Position numbers and translations under genes: made by a program | Notes under the pieces: generated by a model | Seen by the model: the letters and a program-made list of their open reading frames with translations, nothing else | What the model was told of the DNA's origin: nothing | Database searches by the model: none | Shown: piece after piece, positions 34,633-39,459 of the stretch | Layout: each line of letters starts with the position of its first letter | Position numbering within the stretch: the stretch's first letter is position 1 | Source: Abditibacterium sp. | Lineage (GTDB): Bacteria; Armatimonadota; Abditibacteriia; Abditibacteriales; Abditibacteriaceae | Direction: 5' to 3' | NCBI GenBank assembly: GCA_043773205.1 | Contig: JAYVFL010000263.1 | Location: forward strand, 1-39,459 | Length of the DNA: 39,459 bases

Positions 34633-34945
34633 TCAACCATCAATCAAATAGCCGCATTTCCAGCACGCTCCAAACTGCCCTTCATTTTTCTCCTCGCAAT
34701 GCGGGCAAATCCACGATTCGAAAGTGCTTTCGTTTTGGGTGTTAAGTGGCTAAAATCGCTTCTGCTCTGCTCAAATCTTCGTCTTTTAAAATCCAACGTT
34801 CCAGCTGGCATTCCAAAAAAGGCACGCTTCCCGTCGCGATGGAAAGATGGATGTTGCGCGCGAAACATTCCACTCGTTCGGCCTCCAAAAGACCGCGCAA
34901 CAGCCCAATTTCCGCGCTATTAGACGAAGTAAAAACCCGTTGCAT
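34633..34945 (-). pseudogene. DUF2007 (putative signal-transducing) protein whose C-terminal RanBP2-like Zn finger is split off by a +1 frameshift
   Basis: Frame 0 (34945-34742) gives MQRVF…LLEAERVEC…AEAILAT-stop; the +1 frame continues LNTQNESTFESWICPHCEEKNEGQFGACWKCGYLIDG-stop at 34633. Confidence 0.75.
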
Positions 34946-36031
34946 TTATAACTCCAGCAAGTGCACAGGTTTGGGCGTTTGGGTGAGAATTTCGGCGCCA
35001 TTTTCGGTGATAAGCAGCATGTCTTCGATGCGAACGCCACCAAATTCGGCGAGGTAAATGCCCGGCTCGCTGGTCACGATCATGCCCGCCGCCAATTTTC
35101 CGCTGCCAAGTTTGGACAAGCGCGGCGCTTCGTGAATGTCGATGCCCACGCCATGCCCCAAACCGTGGCCAAACTCCTTCAAATAGCCCGCATCTCCGAT
35201 AATTTTGCGCGCCACGGCATCGGCGGCTTTGCAACCTAAGCCTGGCCTCAGCGCCTCGCACGCCGCAACTTGGGCGCGAAACGTAATTTCGTAAATTTCC
35301 CGCTGCTTTTCATTCGATTTGCCCAAGCACACGGTTCGCGTCATGTCCGAGCAATAATCGTTGAATTTGGCGCCCATGTCGATGGTTATCATGTCGCCGC
35401 GCTCTAATTTCTTGTCCGATGCCACGCCGTGTGGCAAAGCGCCGCGCGTGCCCGAAGCCACAATAGTTTCAAAACTGAGGCCCGATGCGCCGCGCGCCCT
35501 CACGCCATTTTCGATGAGTTGCGCCACTTCCCGCTCGCTAAGACCGGCCCGCAACTGCGCCAGAACTTCGGCCATAGTTTCATCGGCGATGCGCACGGCA
35601 TCGCGGATGATTTTCACCTCGTCCTTGTCTTTCAAAAGCCGCAAATTCTCGACAGCATGAGAAATCGCCACGGTTTCGCAGCTTTCGCCCAAAAGTTTTT
35701 GCGTTTCCTGCCACGCGGCCACCGAGGTATGCTGCGCTTCGAAACCAATTTTCGTCGCGCCGCTTTTCTTGATGATTTTGGCGGTTTCGCGCCACAAACC
35801 GCGCTCGGCGATGTGAATTTTGAGCAGATCGCCCACCTGCGATTGAGCCTGAGCGCGGTAGCGGAAATCGGAAATGAAATGCGCGGCGTCGGGCGTGACC
35901 AAAATCATGCCCGACGAGCCGCTAAAACCACTCAGGTAGCGCACATTGGTCAGGTGCGTGATGGCCAGCGCATCGCAGCCTAAAAAGGGCAACTGAGCGC
36001 GCAAATTCTGCAAACGAAGCGAATAATTCAT
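34946..36031 (-). CDS. Xaa-Pro aminopeptidase (M24B, YqhT/YpdF-like)
   Basis: NVRYLSGFSGS, DFRY, ALPHG, IDMGA…YCSDMTRT, HGLGHGVGIDIHEAP and EPGIY…GGVRIED motifs. Start placed at ATG 36031. Confidence 0.93.
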   Translation of the reverse strand: MNYSLRLQNLRAQLPFLGCDALAITHLTNVRYLSGFSGSSGMILVTPDAAHFISDFRYRAQAQSQVGDLLKIHIAERGLWRETAKIIKKSGATKIGFEAQHTSVAAWQETQKLLGESCETVAISHAVENLRLLKDKDEVKIIRDAVRIADETMAEVLAQLRAGLSEREVAQLIENGVRARGASGLSFETIVASGTRGALPHGVASDKKLERGDMITIDMGAKFNDYCSDMTRTVCLGKSNEKQREIYEITFRAQVAACEALRPGLGCKAADAVARKIIGDAGYLKEFGHGLGHGVGIDIHEAPRLSKLGSGKLAAGMIVTSEPGIYLAEFGGVRIEDMLLITENGAEILTQTPKPVHLLEL

Positions 36032-36050
36032 GATTTGGGGTGGAAATTGG

Positions 36051-36479
36051 TTAGGTCGAGGCCAGTTCAACGGCGGCGCGAAAGCCGAGTTCATAGCTCA
36101 AAATACCGAAACCGCTGATCGAACCGGCGCAGACCGGCGCAATCAGCGAGGTGTGACGCCAGGTTTCGCGCGCATAAACATTGGAAAGATGAACTTCGAC
36201 AACCGGACGTGCAATCGCCGAAATCGCATCACGCAGCGCGTAGGACGTGTGCGTGTAAGCTCCCGCGTTCAAAACGATGGCTCCCGCATCGCTGCGGTGC
36301 AACGCATCGAGAAGCGTGCCTTCGTGGTTGGACTGCAATGTTTCCACTTCAACGCCCAGAGATTCGCCCAGCGTTTGCAAGCGTTCGTTGATGACATCGA
36401 GGCCCAGCGCGCCGTAAATCGCGGGTTCCCTGGTGCCGAGCATGTTGAGGTTGGGGCCGTGTAAAACCAAAATTTTCAT
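36051..36479 (-). CDS. aroQ: Type II 3-dehydroquinate dehydratase
   Basis: HGPNLNMLGTREP..YG, QSNHEG, NAGAYTHTS.ALRDA and EVHLSN..ARE..RH.S motifs. Confidence 0.97.
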   Translation of the reverse strand: MKILVLHGPNLNMLGTREPAIYGALGLDVINERLQTLGESLGVEVETLQSNHEGTLLDALHRSDAGAIVLNAGAYTHTSYALRDAISAIARPVVEVHLSNVYARETWRHTSLIAPVCAGSISGFGILSYELGFRAAVELAST

Positions 36480-36502
36480 AATCAAACCACTTTATAAAGT
36501 TG

Positions 36503-36621
36503 AAGGCGACACAAGGCCGCAGCCAGCGAAAAGGGCAGCCTTCGCCGCCAATTCCTGAGTGTCACAATCTCGATGGCGGCGAAGGCCGCCCGTTTCGCTG
36601 GCTGCGGCCTTGCGCCGCCTT
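36503..36621. repeat. 48-bp inverted repeat pair in which each arm is itself a hairpin (REP doublet-like)
   Basis: Arms 36503-36550 and 36574-36621 differ at 4 of 48 positions; each arm reads ggcg.cgcaaggccgc…gc.gccttcgccgcc. Confidence 0.8.
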
Positions 36622-36627
36622 TTTTCC

Positions 36628-38661
36628 TCATCCAGCAATTTTAAGCGCTTGCAAACTCGAAATGAGAGTTTCAAGGTCATCGTTGTCGTTTAGGCCGAAT
36701 TCGCCGCCGGTTTCGCGTCGTGTTTGCTCGTTTAGCGCCACGAAAGTGCGGGCGCGGTTGCAATCGGCGAGCGCGCTTTCGATTAATTTTTGACCGCGCG
36801 CGATTTGGCGAGTGCGTCTTAGTTCGGGCACCAGCCGCGCCGTTGCGCGCGCAAAATCGAGATTGACATTTTGCTCGACGGGCGCGTAAAGTCCCAAAGG
36901 CTGCGTGCGGAGCGAGATGATTTTCTCCAAATCGGCGTATCCGGCGCTGTTTTTGGAGTCGAGCCGAAAAATCGCGCGTTCGAGCAGAATCGCGGTGTTG
37001 AGCGGGTCGTTTTGCAGCGCGCGGTCATAAAAACCCTCGATTTCCGCGGGCGAACCTCCGCTGCGAATGGCTGCGCGCGCCAAATTTGCCCAGTTAGAGC
37101 CGCGCGTTGGCTGCAAGCGCGCCGCCGTTTGGAGCGCAGCGCGGCCATCGATGCCACTGCTTTCCTGAAAACGGCCCAAATTCGACCACAACCGCGCCGA
37201 GGTAGAATCGAGCGTGACCGCTTCAGCCATTTTCTGCGCCGCCACCGAAGGCGCGCCGTTTCGCAAAAACTGGTCTGCGCTAAAGCGGGCGTTCTCGCCA
37301 CTCGCGGCTTTTTGGGTCTGATTTCCGCCCCACGCCAGCAAAAGCGTCGCGCCAATCCAAAACAGATTCAGCCTCGATTTCGCGGGTTTAATCTCGCTTT
37401 GCGCTGTTTCGCCCGCCGTTAAAATCGCCAATGCAACGGCGAGCAGAATCACAATTGAAGTCGTTTGAAAGCCGGAATCGACGCAGCCGTGCGCCAGAAG
37501 CGCGAAAACCGCACCTGTTGCGCCCGCGATGTGGGGCCAATCGCGGGTTTTGAGGCGCGACCAGCCGCTTTTCAGCGCGCTCGCCACCGCGCCAAGCAGC
37601 AAAATTAGCGCGGGAAATCCGCCTTCCGCCGCGACTTGTAACCACGATTGATGCGCGCTGCGCGTGTAACCTACGCGCGCAAATCGCGGGTAAACGTGCG
37701 GAAATGCGCCCGGTCCGAAGCCAAGCAGCGGTTTCTGGGTGGCCATGTCGAGCGTCGAGCGCCAAATGTAAGCGCGAAACATCGTCGAGTTGTCATCCGA
37801 ACCGCGCGCGTTTTGTAAGCGTGGCAGAATGGTTTTGGCGCCGATAACACCAAAAATCAGCAGAAAGACCAAAGTTCCCACGCCTAAAATCGCGCGGTTG
37901 CGACGCGCAAAAACTCGAATTGGCGCTGATTTCGCGCGAAAAACGAGGATGGATGTAACAAAAATCGCCAGAATTGCGGCCAGAAATCCACCTTTGCTGG
38001 AAGTCACGATAAGTCCCAGAGCGCAAATCAGAAACGGCGCCGCGCCAAGCTTCAAAACCGCGCGGTTTTTGCTGAATCGCGCTAAACAAATCGGAAAAAC
38101 GAGGGCGATGGGTAACGTCATCGCGAGTGCATTGGCGAACAGATTGGTATTGAAAAACGGTCCAGCCTGGCGCGGATAACGCGTTTGCGCGAAATCCCAC
38201 AGCGCGGGGCCGCAAATCCACGTCATACCCAAAACCCACGCGCCCACGATCCACAAAGCGCGCTCCGGCTTCCACAGCGCGCGCGTCGTGAAAAACACGG
38301 TGAAAGCTCCCAACAAGCGCGCCAATTCCAAAAAAGCGTCGTGGCGATAGCTGGAGGTGAAGGTTGAAAGCGCGTTCCAGCCCAAAAAAGCGATTAAAAA
38401 AACGCCGGTTGCGTTCAAATGCGGCCTGGCGTCGGGCGAGATGGCCAGCAAAAGCGTCGCGCCCGCGCCCAAAAGCAAAAACAGCGCTTGCGGCCAAAAA
38501 TCGTAAGTTGTGGCCCAAAACCCCGATAACTCAAATGGAGCGAGTATCAAGAGGCCCAAAAGCGCGCCAAAAGACAGCAACGCGGTGAGCGATTCGAAGC
38601 CCCACGTGTGTTCGCGCGCGGCGTCGGAAGCGGGGTTGGAAACGGGGCGAGTGAGAAGCAC
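36628..38661 (-). CDS. O-antigen ligase-like (Wzy_C) membrane protein with C-terminal TPR-like helices
   Basis: GPFFNTNLFA, TSSKGG, R.YIWRS…PLLGFGPGAF, AHQSWLQVAAEGG and HGCVD motifs; helical C-terminus (ARLWSNLG, YDRALQNDP); start uncertain. Confidence 0.85.
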   Translation of the reverse strand: MLLTRPVSNPASDAAREHTWGFESLTALLSFGALLGLLILAPFELSGFWATTYDFWPQALFLLLGAGATLLLAISPDARPHLNATGVFLIAFLGWNALSTFTSSYRHDAFLELARLLGAFTVFFTTRALWKPERALWIVGAWVLGMTWICGPALWDFAQTRYPRQAGPFFNTNLFANALAMTLPIALVFPICLARFSKNRAVLKLGAAPFLICALGLIVTSSKGGFLAAILAIFVTSILVFRAKSAPIRVFARRNRAILGVGTLVFLLIFGVIGAKTILPRLQNARGSDDNSTMFRAYIWRSTLDMATQKPLLGFGPGAFPHVYPRFARVGYTRSAHQSWLQVAAEGGFPALILLLGAVASALKSGWSRLKTRDWPHIAGATGAVFALLAHGCVDSGFQTTSIVILLAVALAILTAGETAQSEIKPAKSRLNLFWIGATLLLAWGGNQTQKAASGENARFSADQFLRNGAPSVAAQKMAEAVTLDSTSARLWSNLGRFQESSGIDGRAALQTAARLQPTRGSNWANLARAAIRSGGSPAEIEGFYDRALQNDPLNTAILLERAIFRLDSKNSAGYADLEKIISLRTQPLGLYAPVEQNVNLDFARATARLVPELRRTRQIARGQKLIESALADCNRARTFVALNEQTRRETGGEFGLNDNDDLETLISSLQALKIAG

Positions 38662-38697
38662 CCCAAAAGTTTAGTTGCCTGGCACTTTCAGGTTTCA

Positions 38698-38729
38698 TAA
38701 GTTTCGGCGAATTCATTCGCCGAAACTTA
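38698..38729. repeat. Perfect 15-bp palindromic REP-like element; may act as a terminator or stabiliser after upp
   Basis: taagtttcggcgaat-tc-attcgccgaaactta. Confidence 0.75.
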
Positions 38730-38752
38730 CAATTTTTGTGTCAACAAAGACT

Positions 38753-39406
38753 TTAATCGGTGCCAAAAGCGCGGTCGCCGGCATCGCCGAGGCCTGGCAT
38801 GATGAAAGCGCGTTCGTTGATGCTTTCGTCCACGCCCGCGCAAAAAATGGAAACGCCCGGATATTTGGCGCCGATGTTTTCCAGCGCCGGTTTCGAAGCC
38901 AAAATCGACAAAACTCGCACCAGGCTAATATCGACGCCGCTTTGCGTGAGCGTGTCTAAAACCTGAATGAGCGTGCCGCCTGTCGCCAGCATCGGCTCTA
39001 AAATCAGGATGCGCGCGCCTTCGGGCATGCGGTCGGGAACGCCGGTCAAGTAGCACTCGGCGCGCGCGGTTTTCTCGTCGCGCCGATAACCGACGTGCAA
39101 AATTTTCGCGTTGGGCAACAGCGGCAAAACGCCTTCGACCAAAGCCAAACCCGCGCGCAAAATCGGCACGATTTCCACGCGGTTCGCGGTTTCGACGCGC
39201 TGCACATCCGCGACCGCTCCGGTGGGCGTTTCAACGGTGGTTTGTAGTGTCGGAAGCCATTCGCGGCAGATTTCATAGCCCAAAAAGCGGCCCAAAGTGG
39301 CAACCGCCGCACGAAACGCGACTGTGCCGGTATCTTTGTCGCGGCAAGTGGCCAGAGCGTCAGCGATAAGTGGATGGTTGGGCGTGAAAACAAGAGGATT
39401 TGGCAT
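38753..39406 (-). CDS. upp: Uracil phosphoribosyltransferase
   Basis: HPLI, VETP, VPILRAGL, RDE, EPMLATGGT and IMPGLGDAGDRAFGT motifs. Confidence 0.97.
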   Translation of the reverse strand: MPNPLVFTPNHPLIADALATCRDKDTGTVAFRAAVATLGRFLGYEICREWLPTLQTTVETPTGAVADVQRVETANRVEIVPILRAGLALVEGVLPLLPNAKILHVGYRRDEKTARAECYLTGVPDRMPEGARILILEPMLATGGTLIQVLDTLTQSGVDISLVRVLSILASKPALENIGAKYPGVSIFCAGVDESINERAFIMPGLGDAGDRAFGTD

Positions 39407-39459
39407 GATTTGGGAAATTTCGTCGAAAACTAATGACGGACTATTTTATTCTCGGCGAA

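Noticed and set aside
1-39459. tRNA, rRNA, CRISPR arrays, transposases or integrases
   Set aside because: None recognised by eye; the intergenic gaps are short and mostly explained by terminators and palindromic repeats.

Overview
Bacterial chromosomal window, roughly 55-60% GC by eye with lower-GC patches. The gene content (DUF1559-type prepilins, an M28-FtsX fusion next to an OPT-like gene) suggests Abditibacteriota/Armatimonadota, but that is inference. From 2.5 to 18.1 kb on the minus strand is a type IV pilus locus: pilB, a stand-alone ATPase-less copy of the PilB N2 domain, pilT, pilC, pilD, then five prepilin-like genes with their own near-consensus sigma70 promoter, including a 676 aa PilV-like and a ~1345 aa PilX-like protein. 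The right half has a secreted multi-beta-sandwich protein, a phage-like orphan bracketed by two REP doublets, a CDF transporter, a DUF3298 protein, folC, a two-gene membrane system, a DUF4424-like gene, a frameshifted DUF2007/zinc-finger gene, an M24 peptidase, aroQ, an O-antigen-ligase/TPR gene and upp. The two-gene system is a 1705 aa protein with an apparently inactive, nicastrin/nicalin-like M28 domain fused to a MacB/FtsX permease, followed by an OPT-like transporter, with no ABC ATPase in the window. The best candidates for undescribed biology are this pseudo-peptidase/permease + OPT module, the PilB-N2 decoy, and the giant minor-pilin cassette. All family calls come from motif recognition by eye; no database searches were run.
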